From an uncultured Porphyromonadaceae bacterium (GTDB taxonomy: Bacteria; Bacteroidota; Bacteroidia; Bacteroidales; UBA12481), in assembly GCA_964467485.1 (NCBI GenBank), contig CAYXQX010000001.1, positions 1 through 34,503 on the forward strand: a stretch of 34,503 bases of DNA, read 5' to 3'. Below the pieces are notes generated by a model. It had not been told where the DNA came from, searched no databases, and saw only the letters and a list, made by a program, of their open reading frames with translations. The position numbers and the translations under genes were made by a program. Numbering within the stretch: the first letter of the stretch is position 1; every line of letters begins with the position of its first letter. Below, piece after piece: positions 25,396 through 34,503 of the stretch.

Positions 25396-26325
25396 ATGAA
25401 AAATCCTTTTTTCTATAATCCTCGTCCAATTTCCCAATTACTCCTGGTGATTCTTGTAGTCCTGTTGGGATTTTTTTTGTTTTTTGTTTTAGGCCTTATT
25501 AGCTCGCTAATAATATTCCCGATAACACTATCTGATCTTACAAATGGATTAGATTTTAATAACTCCGGAATGGTGCCTGTCTTGAAGAACCTTCAGATCT
25601 GGCAGTCGGTTGGGATGTTTGTGGTTCCATCGATTTTCATTGCCTGGTTTGCTTCCTTTAAGCCCTGGTATTTTCTTGGTTTAGACGGGCGATTAAATAT
25701 AAGATCAGTTCTGTGGGTAATTTTGATCCTGCTGGTATCAATGCCTTTTATGAACCAGCTGGTTATATGGAATGAAAACATGAGCCTTCCGGCATTTCTG
25801 TCTGGAGTTGAGGAATGGATGAAAGAAAAGGAAGACATAGCAGCTGAGCTGACTTCTTCTTTTCTCATTACTGATAGTATATGGGGTTTTGTGGTTAATA
25901 TCCTGATGATTGCCATTATCCCGGCACTTGGAGAAGAGTTTTTTTTCAGGGGAATTATACAGAAGCTATTTGGAAGATGGTTTAAGAGTACTCACCTTGC
26001 AGTTATTCTTGCTTCAATATTATTTTCTGCTCTGCATTTTCAATTTTATGGTTTCTTCCCACGATTGTTTTTGGGTTTGATATTTGGCTATCTGTTCTTA
26101 TGGTCGGGGAATTTGTGGTACCCCATTATTGCTCATTTATTCAACAACCTGATTTCTGTAGTAGCTTTTTATATTTATGGAGAAGAGGCCCTCGAAAGTC
26201 CACTGGATAGTTTTGGCACAGGTGAGTTGAGTTGGATATGGATTATTGGCAGTATTTTTCTGGCGGCTATTGCCATATATCAATTTAAAAAATTATCTTC
26301 CCCCAAAATAATTTCAACTGATTGA
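25396..26325 (+). CDS. CPBP-family (CAAX/Abi) intramembrane glutamic endopeptidase
   Basis: The polytopic membrane protein carries all three family motifs: GEEFFFRG, FSALHF and AHLFNN. Confidence 0.85.
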   Translation: MKNPFFYNPRPISQLLLVILVVLLGFFLFFVLGLISSLIIFPITLSDLTNGLDFNNSGMVPVLKNLQIWQSVGMFVVPSIFIAWFASFKPWYFLGLDGRLNIRSVLWVILILLVSMPFMNQLVIWNENMSLPAFLSGVEEWMKEKEDIAAELTSSFLITDSIWGFVVNILMIAIIPALGEEFFFRGIIQKLFGRWFKSTHLAVILASILFSALHFQFYGFFPRLFLGLIFGYLFLWSGNLWYPIIAHLFNNLISVVAFYIYGEEALESPLDSFGTGELSWIWIIGSIFLAAIAIYQFKKLSSPKIISTD

Positions 26326-26326
26326 C

Positions 26327-26845
26327 ATGAGGATTTTAAAACTTTTACCTGTTATAATTATTGCTTTGACTATTTCTATTTCTGGTTTTTCTCAGAATGC
26401 AGATCCTGATAATCACCTGGCTCTTGGTGATGAGTTACCTGATTTTGAATATCAAACAGCTGATGGAAAAACATTGAAAAGTGAGGATCTTTTTGGGAAA
26501 GTTGTTCTTATTAACTTCTATGTCAGCTGGTGTGGTTCGTGTAAGAAGGAGCTTCCATTTGTTGAGAGTGATTTGTATAAAAAGTATAAGGATAATGAGG
26601 ACTTTTGTTTGTTGGTTATTGCCAGACAGGAAGGCTGGGATAAAATAAATGAGTTTAAGAAAAGTAGTGAGCTTGATCTCCCATATTATCCTGATCCAAA
26701 GAGGGATATATATAATCTGTTTGCAGGAAAATATATTCCCAGGAACTATTTATTCGACAAACAGGGACGGCTGGTATTATTTTCAAAGGATTATAAAGTG
26801 GAAGAGTTTGAGGAATTGAAAAAGGAGATTATTGACCTTCTTTAG
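26327..26845 (+). CDS. Secreted TlpA/ResA-like thioredoxin-fold thiol-disulfide oxidoreductase
   Basis: Signal peptide, active site WCGSC, and redoxin-like length (172 aa). The gene starts 1 nt after the CPBP stop. Confidence 0.8.
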   Translation: MRILKLLPVIIIALTISISGFSQNADPDNHLALGDELPDFEYQTADGKTLKSEDLFGKVVLINFYVSWCGSCKKELPFVESDLYKKYKDNEDFCLLVIARQEGWDKINEFKKSSELDLPYYPDPKRDIYNLFAGKYIPRNYLFDKQGRLVLFSKDYKVEEFEELKKEIIDLL

Positions 26846-27542
26846 GTTCAGCGCCTTTTTCATTTTTTCGAAACACATATTTTAGTCCATATTTTTTGCA
26901 AGCCGCTCTTTTTTCTTCATCAGGAAGACTAGAATAATACTCTTCTATATCATTCCATACCTCCAGAATCAGGGTGTCGGTTTGTTCGCGAACCAGTTTG
27001 ATTTTATCATTAGCCCGTTTATTTGATTTCTGTACGGTTTTTTGTGAATGGTAATCCTCCTTGAATTGTTCATACCAGGCATTAACCTTACCTATTGTGG
27101 GTGTCATAACCGGAGATCCGCCCTCATTTATTCTGCGATTCTCACCTTCAATAATAATTTTACCTTTTGTGAGAATATCCTTTTCATTTAACAAAGAAGG
27201 GATTCTGCCATCAGCCGGATCGATATGAAAATACTTGCGGACATCCGGAGGGAATTCTTCTCTGGCTATGCACATATTTATCACCTGGAGAAAGTGGGTA
27301 AGGTATATTCTTGTCTTGGATAATTTTTTCTGATATGTTTTATTTTGCCTTACAAGTTGGTCCCACGTGAATCCTTGCTGGGTTTTTTCTGATTCAAGGT
27401 TTTGAAACATATTTCTCAGTGGATGAATATGTTTTGACGAATAAGCTAATTGATTCATTTCAACTGTATCGGCCATCCGAATTGCTACAGACAGAGCATT
27501 CAGTCGGGATACATCGGTTTTTGGTAGTCTACGGTATGGCAC
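26829..27542 (-). CDS. Conserved hypothetical protein (237 aa, charged and predicted helical), function unknown
   Basis: An uninterrupted ORF. The only start at the 5' end is GTG (MPYRRLPKTD...). No motif is recognised. Confidence 0.6.
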   Translation of the reverse strand: MPYRRLPKTDVSRLNALSVAIRMADTVEMNQLAYSSKHIHPLRNMFQNLESEKTQQGFTWDQLVRQNKTYQKKLSKTRIYLTHFLQVINMCIAREEFPPDVRKYFHIDPADGRIPSLLNEKDILTKGKIIIEGENRRINEGGSPVMTPTIGKVNAWYEQFKEDYHSQKTVQKSNKRANDKIKLVREQTDTLILEVWNDIEEYYSSLPDEEKRAACKKYGLKYVFRKNEKGAEPKEGQ

Positions 27543-27630
27543 TATGTTGATATTGGTTGAATCAGTATAAAAATACTAACTTTTCAAGTACCTTCGTTGT
27601 TTATTCGTTGTACATTAATAATTCTAAAAC

Positions 27631-29022
27631 ATGTTTGAAGCATCAGTTTATAAAAACAGACGAGATCGTCTATCGAATCGCTTAGGTTCCGGGATTGCTC
27701 TTTTTCTTGGAAATGTTGATTCTGCATTTAATTACCCTGCTAATCCTTACCATTTCAGGCAGGATAGTGATTTCTTATATTTCTTTGGTTTGGATCATGC
27801 TGGTATGGCTGGTATTGTTGACGCAGACACAGGAGAAAATTGGATTTTCGCCAATGACGTTGATATTGATGATATTATTTGGATGGGAAATCAGCCCAGT
27901 GTTGTTGAACGAGCAATTGAGGTTGGAGTGAGCCATACAGCTCCATATGCAAAACTGGCAGCCTACATCAATGACGCCTTATCAAAGGGCAGAAAAATTC
28001 ATTATCTCCCCACCTACAGGGGCGAAAATGTTGTGGAATTGTCGGAATTGCTGGATATCAAACCCGCTGCTGTTAAGCCGGGTGCCAGTATGCAGCTCAT
28101 ACAAGCTGTGGTTGCTCAACGGTCGATTAAAGATGCCGGTGAGATTGCAGAGATAGAGAAGGCTGTTGATACCGCTTACCTCATGCATACTACGGCCATG
28201 AAGATGGCGATGCCCGGGGTGGTAGAACAGGAAATTGCAGGCACCATTGAAGGGATTGCTCTTGCACATGGAGGACCGGTTTCTTTCCCTATCATTCTTA
28301 GCATGGATGGACAAACACTTCACAATCATAATCATGGTAATAAGCTGGAACTGGGACGTATGATGGTTACAGATGCAGGTGCCGAAACAGGAATGCATTA
28401 TGCTTCTGATATTACCCGTACTGTTCCTGTTGGTGGTGTTTTTAATGACAGACAGAAGGCTGTTTATCAGGTAGTACTCGATGCTAATGTAAAAGCTACC
28501 GCAACATTAAAACCAGGCATGCTCTACAAAGATGCTCACCTTCTTGCCGCTGAGGTTATTGCTACTGGTCTGAAGGAGATTGGGCTGATGAAAGGTGATG
28601 TGAAAGAGGCAGTTGCTAATGGAGCTCATGCTTTATTTTTCCCGCACGGATTAGGCCATATGATGGGCATGGATGTTCATGACATGGAGGGCCTGGGTGA
28701 GAATAATGTTGGCTATGATGATGAAATCAAAAGAACCGATCAGTTTGGCCTGGCTTTCCTGAGGATGGGGCGTCGTTTACAAGAAGGATTTGTGATGACC
28801 GTTGAGCCCGGATGTTACTTTATTCCGGCTTTGATTGATCAGTGGAAAGCCGAAGGTACAAACAAAGAATTTATCAATTTTGATATGGCGGAGACTTATA
28901 AAGATTTCGGCGGTATCAGGATTGAAGATGATATTCTAATTACTCCTGATGGGCACCGACTTCTTGGTCGTCCGATACCGAAGACGGTTAAGGAGATTGA
29001 AGAGACAATGAGCGGAAATTAA
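27631..29022 (+). CDS. pepP: Xaa-Pro aminopeptidase (M24B, aminopeptidase P family)
   Basis: N-terminal creatinase/AMP_N-like domain plus the M24 metal ligand pattern: DAGAE..YASDITR, HGLGHMMGMDVHD, VEPG, IRIEDD. Confidence 0.85.
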   Translation: MFEASVYKNRRDRLSNRLGSGIALFLGNVDSAFNYPANPYHFRQDSDFLYFFGLDHAGMAGIVDADTGENWIFANDVDIDDIIWMGNQPSVVERAIEVGVSHTAPYAKLAAYINDALSKGRKIHYLPTYRGENVVELSELLDIKPAAVKPGASMQLIQAVVAQRSIKDAGEIAEIEKAVDTAYLMHTTAMKMAMPGVVEQEIAGTIEGIALAHGGPVSFPIILSMDGQTLHNHNHGNKLELGRMMVTDAGAETGMHYASDITRTVPVGGVFNDRQKAVYQVVLDANVKATATLKPGMLYKDAHLLAAEVIATGLKEIGLMKGDVKEAVANGAHALFFPHGLGHMMGMDVHDMEGLGENNVGYDDEIKRTDQFGLAFLRMGRRLQEGFVMTVEPGCYFIPALIDQWKAEGTNKEFINFDMAETYKDFGGIRIEDDILITPDGHRLLGRPIPKTVKEIEETMSGN

Positions 29023-29035
29023 CCTAACCCCCTAA

Positions 29036-29062
29036 CCCCCTTTCCTTAAAAGGTAAAGGGGG
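29036..29062. terminator. Hairpin CCCCCTTT...AAAGGGGG between convergent pepP and sdhB
   Basis: An 8-bp stem, extendable by CC/GG with one bulge. There is no clear U-tract. Confidence 0.35.
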
Positions 29063-29091
29063 AATTAAGATAAATAATCGATCATCTTTCT

Positions 29092-29117
29092 CTCCCTCCT
29101 TAGTATTAAGGAGGGAG
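29092..29117. terminator. Hairpin CTCCCTCCTTA-GTAT-TAAGGAGGGAG between convergent pepP and sdhB
   Basis: A perfect 11-bp stem with a 4-nt loop, 25 nt downstream of the sdhB stop. There is no clear U-tract. Confidence 0.4.
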
Positions 29118-29141
29118 TTGGAGGGTGGATTCCATTCTTGA

Positions 29142-29885
29142 TTAGGGTTTCAGATTGGCAGCCAAAAACTCCCGGTTCAATCGTGCAATATGATCCAGTG
29201 AAACGCCTTTTGGACATTGCACTTCACATGCTCCCGTATTGGTGCAGTGCCCAAATCCAAGTTCATCCATTTTAGCCACCATGGCTTTGGCTCTTCCTAC
29301 AGCTTCTGGCTTCCCTTGTGGTAATAAGGCCAGTTGTGAAACTTTTGAGGCGACAAAGAGCATGGCTGATGAGTTCTTACAAGTTGCAACGCAGGCACCG
29401 CATCCTATACATGTAGCACCATCCATCGATTCTTCTGCCTTGTACCTGGGAATAGGAATCGCATTGGCATCCTGTGTGCTACCGGTATTAACGGAGATAA
29501 ATCCACCGGTCTGGAGGATTTTATCGAAGGCATCCCTTTCAACCATAAGGTCCTTAATAACCGGAAAACCGGCAGCCCTCCATGGTTCGATTACTATGGT
29601 ATCACCATCCTTGAATTTTCGCATATGCAGCTGACAAGTAGTAATCTCAAAGTCGGGTCCATGAGCCTGGCCATTAATGAACAGACTGCACATACCGCAT
29701 ATACCTTCCCTGCAGTCGTGGTCAAAAGCAACAGGTTCGTTACCTTCGTTGATCAATTGTTCGTTCAGGGCATCGAGCATCTCCAGGAATGAGCTGTCAG
29801 GACTGATATTACTAATTTGATAAGTTTCAAATTTTCCTTTGGCGTTGCTATTTTCCTGACGCCATACTTTTAACTTTAGATTCAT
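29142..29885 (-). CDS. sdhB: Succinate dehydrogenase/fumarate reductase iron-sulfur subunit
   Basis: Cluster motifs: 2Fe-2[10 protein letters not shown], 4Fe-4[12 protein letters not shown], and 3Fe-4[13 protein letters not shown]. Confidence 0.92.
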   Translation of the reverse strand: MNLKLKVWRQENSNAKGKFETYQISNISPDSSFLEMLDALNEQLINEGNEPVAFDHDCREGICGMCSLFINGQAHGPDFEITTCQLHMRKFKDGDTIVIEPWRAAGFPVIKDLMVERDAFDKILQTGGFISVNTGSTQDANAIPIPRYKAEESMDGATCIGCGACVATCKNSSAMLFVASKVSQLALLPQGKPEAVGRAKAMVAKMDELGFGHCTNTGACEVQCPKGVSLDHIARLNREFLAANLKP

Positions 29886-29893
29886 AAACTATC

Positions 29894-31834
29894 TTACTTA
29901 TAGTTTCTTGTTTTTACTTCTACAAACTCAAACTGAAGATTTTCCTTATGCATTTCAGGTGCTTTATCTTCTCCTTTATATTTCCAGGCTCCCACAAAAG
30001 TGAAATTTTTATCGTCCCTAAGGGCCTCACCCTCAGGGGTTTTGTATTCTTCCCTGAAGTGTCCCCCACACGACTCATTTCTCTGCAGCCCATCTCTGGC
30101 CATAAGGTCACCTATTTCAATGAAATCGGCCAGACGATTTGCTTTTTCCAGCTCGGGGTTAATGGTATCTGTGCGGCCGGGTATCTTAAGATTTTCCCAA
30201 AACTCCTTTTTAAGATCCTTGATTTTCTCGATGGCAGTTTCCAGTCCCTCCTTTGTCCTTTCCATACCAACGTAGTCCCACATAATCTTTCCGAGCTCCT
30301 TATGTATTGAATCCACACTTCTATTACCCTTAATACTCATCAATTTCTCAATATGGTCAAGGGTATTCTTTTTGGCTTCAATAAATTCGGGCACTTCTTC
30401 AGGATTCATTCTTGCAACCCCGATCTGGTCGGCCAGATAATTCCCTATGGTGAAAGGTGCAACAAAATAGCCATCGGCTAGTCCTTGCATCAGAGCCGAA
30501 GCTCCGAGGCGGTTTGCACCATGGTCTGAGAAGTTGGCTTCACCCAGGGCGAATAATCCAGGGATGGTTGTTTGCAACTCATAATCAACCCATAAGCCAC
30601 CCATGGTGTAGTGAATGGCTGGATAGATCATCATTGGTGTTTCGTAAGGATTGTCATCTACGATTTTTTCGTACATCTGGAAAAGGTTGCCATATCGTGC
30701 TTCAATAACATTTTTGCCAAGCCTCTCGATTGAATCTTTGAAATCCAGATAAACAGCGTGTCCTGATCCTACCCCATAACCGGCATCACATCTCTCTTGT
30801 GCGGCACGAGAAGCAACGTCTCTTGGAACCAGATTGCCGAATGCAGGGTATCTCCTTTCCAGGTAGTAATCACGTTTTTCTTCAGGCAGCTTAGTTGGAT
30901 TGAGGTCTCCTTTTCTGATTTTATCTGCATCCTCTTTTTCTTTGGGCACCCATATACGGCCGTCGTTACGCAGTGATTCACTCATCAAGGTTAACTTCGA
31001 TTGGGCATCACCGTGGACAGGAATACAGGTTGGATGGATCTGAACAAATGCCGGATTGGCAAAAAAGGCACCCTTTTTATAAACTTGCCAGACAGCACTT
31101 CCATTTGATCCCATGGCATTGGTTGACAGGAAGAATACATTACCATAGCCACCTGTTGCCAGTACAACGGCATGGCCAAAATGTGTGCTAATCTCTCCTG
31201 AAACCATATTCCTAACCACAATTCCTCTGGCTTTTCCATCAACCACTACCAGATCCATCATTTCTGTACGGGTATACAGTTCCACATTTCCAGCAGCAAT
31301 TTGCCGGTTCAGTGAACCATACGCACCCAAAAGCAGTTGTTGACCGGTTTGTCCCCTGGCATAGAAAGTACGGGACACGAGTGCGCCCCCGAAAGACCGA
31401 TTATCAAGATATCCACCGTAGTCACGTGCAAATGGTACTCCTTGTGCAACACATTGGTCAATAATCTTGTTGCTCACTTCGGCCAATCTATAAACATTGG
31501 CTTCACGGGACCGGTAATCCCCACCTTTGATTGTGTCATAAAACAGACGATAAACGCTGTCGCCATCATTCTGGTAATTTTTTGCCGCATTGATACCGCC
31601 TTGAGCTGCAATACTATGGGCCCTGCGCGGACTGTCGGAATAGCAAAAGTTTTTAACCTTGAAACCCAATTCGCCAAATGATGCAGCAGCAGCAGCTCCT
31701 CCCAGACCTGTTCCTACAACAATAATATCAAGTTTACGCTTGTTAGCTGGATTGACCAGGTTTTGTTCAGCCTTATATTTTTCCCACTTCTCGGCAAGTG
31801 GGCCTGATGGTACTTTTGAATTTAATTGACTCAT
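29894..31834 (-). CDS. sdhA: Succinate dehydrogenase/fumarate reductase flavoprotein subunit
   Basis: FAD-binding motif [23 protein letters not shown], the HPT region, and the typical 646-aa Bacteroidota-type length. Confidence 0.92.
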   Translation of the reverse strand: MSQLNSKVPSGPLAEKWEKYKAEQNLVNPANKRKLDIIVVGTGLGGAAAAASFGELGFKVKNFCYSDSPRRAHSIAAQGGINAAKNYQNDGDSVYRLFYDTIKGGDYRSREANVYRLAEVSNKIIDQCVAQGVPFARDYGGYLDNRSFGGALVSRTFYARGQTGQQLLLGAYGSLNRQIAAGNVELYTRTEMMDLVVVDGKARGIVVRNMVSGEISTHFGHAVVLATGGYGNVFFLSTNAMGSNGSAVWQVYKKGAFFANPAFVQIHPTCIPVHGDAQSKLTLMSESLRNDGRIWVPKEKEDADKIRKGDLNPTKLPEEKRDYYLERRYPAFGNLVPRDVASRAAQERCDAGYGVGSGHAVYLDFKDSIERLGKNVIEARYGNLFQMYEKIVDDNPYETPMMIYPAIHYTMGGLWVDYELQTTIPGLFALGEANFSDHGANRLGASALMQGLADGYFVAPFTIGNYLADQIGVARMNPEEVPEFIEAKKNTLDHIEKLMSIKGNRSVDSIHKELGKIMWDYVGMERTKEGLETAIEKIKDLKKEFWENLKIPGRTDTINPELEKANRLADFIEIGDLMARDGLQRNESCGGHFREEYKTPEGEALRDDKNFTFVGAWKYKGEDKAPEMHKENLQFEFVEVKTRNYK

Positions 31835-31864
31835 AAAATTTAGTTTTGAATGAGATCTTGATGC

Positions 31865-32554
31865 TTAGAGCATAGAAGCAATTTTAACCCATATAGGAAT
31901 TAATGCAAATCCCCCGGCAATAATTATTGAAAGCACCAGACCCAAAATATTTAAGCGTCGACGCCAAAGTCCATTGCTCCATCCAAGAGTTTGGCAGGCA
32001 GACCAGATAGAATGATAGAGATGAAAACCCAGAGCGATGGCTCCGATAACATATACAATATCAATCCACCACCAGTCAATAAATAATGTAGTGACAAGAG
32101 CATAAGAATTTTCCATGTGTACACCATGGACAGTTACATCTGCCAAAAGGTCGTGTCCTGTGAACTTTATTTTCCAGAAAAAATTCACAATGTGAATGGA
32201 CAGAAAGGCAAAAATCACAAGGCCTAAAATATACATGTTTCGGGACGACCAGGTAGAGCTGTGCCCCAGTTTTTGAACTTTATAGCCAATAGGTCGTGTG
32301 TACAAGTTGTGTATTGTAAGGATTGTTGCATAAAGGATATGCAGAATGAATCCTATAGCCAATATCGGTTCAACAATCCGTATGATTGGATTGGAAGCCA
32401 TAAAATGGGCCGCCCTGTTAAATAACTCTCCTGAGCTGTCGAACAGAATCGTAGAATTTACTGTTAAGTGAACCAGCACAAATACAAGTAGAAACAGACC
32501 GGATAAACTCATCAGAAACTTCTTGCCAATGGATGAGGACAGAAATTTTGCCAT
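31865..32554 (-). CDS. sdhC: Succinate dehydrogenase/fumarate reductase cytochrome b subunit (b558 family)
   Basis: A 229-aa protein with 5 TM helices and conserved His residues. It is the first gene of the C-A-B order, as in Bacteroides frdCAB. Confidence 0.85.
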   Translation of the reverse strand: MAKFLSSSIGKKFLMSLSGLFLLVFVLVHLTVNSTILFDSSGELFNRAAHFMASNPIIRIVEPILAIGFILHILYATILTIHNLYTRPIGYKVQKLGHSSTWSSRNMYILGLVIFAFLSIHIVNFFWKIKFTGHDLLADVTVHGVHMENSYALVTTLFIDWWWIDIVYVIGAIALGFHLYHSIWSACQTLGWSNGLWRRRLNILGLVLSIIIAGGFALIPIWVKIASML

Positions 32555-32676
32555 ATTGTTAGGTTTGGTTTCTACAAAGTTAAAATTTTTAAAAAGCCAA
32601 AAACAAATAAATTGAAATTTTTACAGGGTCTAAAGAGGGACCCAAATTGCTATCTTTGAGGAAAGAAATTATTCCA

Positions 32677-33474
32677 ATGATCAATACTATATATATAGGT
32701 GAAACCCCTGTCAGGTATGAGGATGCCGGTGAGGGTGATGTGCTGGTTTTTTTACACGGACACCTTGAATCCATGGAGATATGGGGGAGTTTCACCAGGC
32801 CTTTCGAAAAAAATTACCGGGTTATCAGATTTGATTTGCCCGGTCATGGTGGTAGTGGACTTTTCGGATCTGCCTCAGGAATGGAGGTGATGGCCCTGGC
32901 AGTGACAAGAGTGTTGGAGAATTTAAAGGTGGAAAAAGCAATCTTTTTTGGTCATTCCATGGGTGGCTATTCAGCCCTGGCTGCTCTTGAATTTTATCCT
33001 GATGTTTTCAGTGGGATAGTTCTATTCCATAGTCATACTCTGCCCGACAGCCTGGAAGTGGCGAAAAAGAGGGAGAGGGAAATCAAAATCATCAATCAGG
33101 GACAGAAAGGACTTTTGGTAAATCTGAATATACCTAATATGTTTGCATCAGATAATATTGAGAAATTCCAGGATGCAGTGCAAAGATCAAAAACTATTGC
33201 TCATGGATTAAGTGATGAGGGAGTAATTGCAGCCATCCGGGGGCTAAAGGCGCGTCCGGATCGATCCGATGTATTGAAAAATGCCGGGGTTCCTTGTCTG
33301 AATATTATTGGAAAGAAGGATAATTATATTGATTTTGAGAATGTTTCGTTGAAGACGGAACTCCCTGAAGGATCGATGAGGTGGGTGCTGGAAAACTCAG
33401 GCCACATGGGCTTCATAGAGGAACCGGGAAAAGCACATGAAGGGATAATTCAATTCCTGAACAGTATTGGATAA
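32677..33474 (+). CDS. Alpha/beta-fold hydrolase
   Basis: Oxyanion HGHLES, nucleophile elbow GHSMGG, and a C-terminal SGHMGFIEEP (His) motif. I prefer the ATG at 32677. The track start at 32647 is a TTG. Confidence 0.85.
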   Translation: MINTIYIGETPVRYEDAGEGDVLVFLHGHLESMEIWGSFTRPFEKNYRVIRFDLPGHGGSGLFGSASGMEVMALAVTRVLENLKVEKAIFFGHSMGGYSALAALEFYPDVFSGIVLFHSHTLPDSLEVAKKREREIKIINQGQKGLLVNLNIPNMFASDNIEKFQDAVQRSKTIAHGLSDEGVIAAIRGLKARPDRSDVLKNAGVPCLNIIGKKDNYIDFENVSLKTELPEGSMRWVLENSGHMGFIEEPGKAHEGIIQFLNSIG

Positions 33475-34496
33475 TCACGTTTTATCCCTGCTTTGACAAA
33501 GTTTTGAGGTACCACAATCCACTGATTGGAAGGCTTAGGATCAACTACTTTTTTCTCCTCAATCCACTTCATCATATAGAAGCGCAAGTCTTTCTCGGTT
33601 GACTGAACTATTCTACCCACCAATTCATCATGAGGTATTCCGGCGCCATCAACCAAATGGCCCCCGCCGCCATTACCACGATATGAATTTAGAGCTACCA
33701 GGTATTTTTTTTGAAGATCGAAAACTTGCCCGTTAGCCATTGAGTTTATTGAAACCATCTCCCCTTCAGGCCGGGAAACATCAACCTGATAATTAATCCC
33801 CATACCGGAATCGAAATGGTAATATTGCCTGGCAGTTCCCAGTCTGCCATTACTACCTTCCTTTAATTTAATCAAATGGTCGGCAGTAGAGTTCATGTGT
33901 TCGAACCAACCGGCATAGGAATAATTCAGGTAATCAAGAATCTCCTGACCACTCATTTCCATTGTGTAAAGTAGATTTTCGTAACGGTAAAGCTTGAAAA
34001 GGTCGCCAACAGTAATTTCTCCTGATGGAATTTCTACATCATAGGATAGTGGTGCTGCGAAAGAAATATCAGCACCTGAAATATCCAGTTGTACCTGATG
34101 TATAAGGTCAACAAATGCTGATGATCCGAAAAATGCCTCCCGTGTAGAGATCGACTTGCTGAAGGTACCCAGGACACGTTTCACATATTCTTTAACCTCA
34201 TGTTGTGCTGTTGCAAACTCTTCCATGAACATGGGATCGGGTTGATAATCAGCCACCTCCTTGTTGCTTCCCATAATATTCTCAAACTCCCAGCTTCTGC
34301 CCTTTCTGGTAAGGCTAATATTTGCCATTGCTACCTCCTGGGCCTTGCTGCGCGAGCCCAGAATAAGCACATCTTTTCCATTGGGCCCCTGGACTCTCTC
34401 GTTCCAGGTTTTATGATCATGACCGCAGAAGATTATGTCAAATCCGGCTACCTGCTCAGCAACAAGCTTAACAGCATTTTCATTCTTTGGAGGGAT
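33450..34496 (-). CDS. Bifunctional metallophosphatase/5'-nucleotidase family protein, 5'-truncated at the window edge
   Basis: The frame is open from 34496. It reads IPPKNENAVKLVAEQVAGFDIIFCGHDHK (the GH(D/S)H metallophosphatase motif), then a 5'-nucleotidase C-terminal-like domain. The N-terminal metallophosphatase motifs must lie beyond the window. An in-frame TAA sits at 34499..34497. Confidence 0.7.
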   Translation of the reverse strand: MPPKNENAVKLVAEQVAGFDIIFCGHDHKTWNERVQGPNGKDVLILGSRSKAQEVAMANISLTRKGRSWEFENIMGSNKEVADYQPDPMFMEEFATAQHEVKEYVKRVLGTFSKSISTREAFFGSSAFVDLIHQVQLDISGADISFAAPLSYDVEIPSGEITVGDLFKLYRYENLLYTMEMSGQEILDYLNYSYAGWFEHMNSTADHLIKLKEGSNGRLGTARQYYHFDSGMGINYQVDVSRPEGEMVSINSMANGQVFDLQKKYLVALNSYRGNGGGGHLVDGAGIPHDELVGRIVQSTEKDLRFYMMKWIEEKKVVDPKPSNQWIVVPQNFVKAGIKRDYPILFRN

Positions 34497-34503
34497 TTAA
34501 AGT

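Noticed and set aside
29023-29040. Telomere-like direct repeat CTAACCCC CTAACCCC
   Set aside because: There are only two units, and it forms the 5' arm context of a hairpin between convergent genes. No further copies occur in the window.

Overview
The window looks like a Bacteroidota chromosomal segment. It is AT-rich by eye (not computed). Supporting signs are T9SS C-terminal sorting domains, a PorZ-like propeller protein, a FISUMP lipoprotein, TAnnTTTG -7 boxes in intergenic regions, and a cytochrome-b558-type sdh/frd CAB operon.

I support about 27 protein genes, 2 paralogous tRNA-Arg genes, 2 gene remnants, several hairpin terminators and a few candidate regulatory sites. From left to right:
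- Two tandem giant Asp-box beta-propeller secreted proteins. The left one runs off the window and is missing from the supplied ORF track.
- tRNA-Arg(CCG).
- An FMN-binding lipoprotein.
- A sigma54-type two-component system, divergent from a MacB-like ABC exporter.
- A gene-decay zone: an AraC-type HTH remnant, a FISUMP lipoprotein, and an alpha/beta-hydrolase truncated at its nucleophile elbow.
- tRNA-Arg(CCT), with an octamer tandem repeat upstream.
- recO, a porZ-like gene, rdgB, ilvE and a DUF2797 gene.
- A PspC / DUF2807 / PadR / PspC envelope-stress cluster.
- A CPBP protease and a TlpA-like redoxin.
- A conserved hypothetical gene, pepP, sdhCAB, an alpha/beta hydrolase, and a 5'-truncated metallophosphatase/5'-nucleotidase.

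I see no CRISPR array, transposase, integrase, phage genes or recognisable defence system. Most of the window is ordinary core genome.

The most interesting items are all uncharacterised rather than demonstrably novel:
- the duplicated split/fused PspC-PadR module;
- the tandem T9SS sortilin-like paralogs;
- the orphan flavinylation-motif lipoprotein;
- the candidate sigma54 promoter and upstream activating sequence (UAS) in front of the ABC exporter.

All domain calls come from motif recognition by eye. No database search was run.
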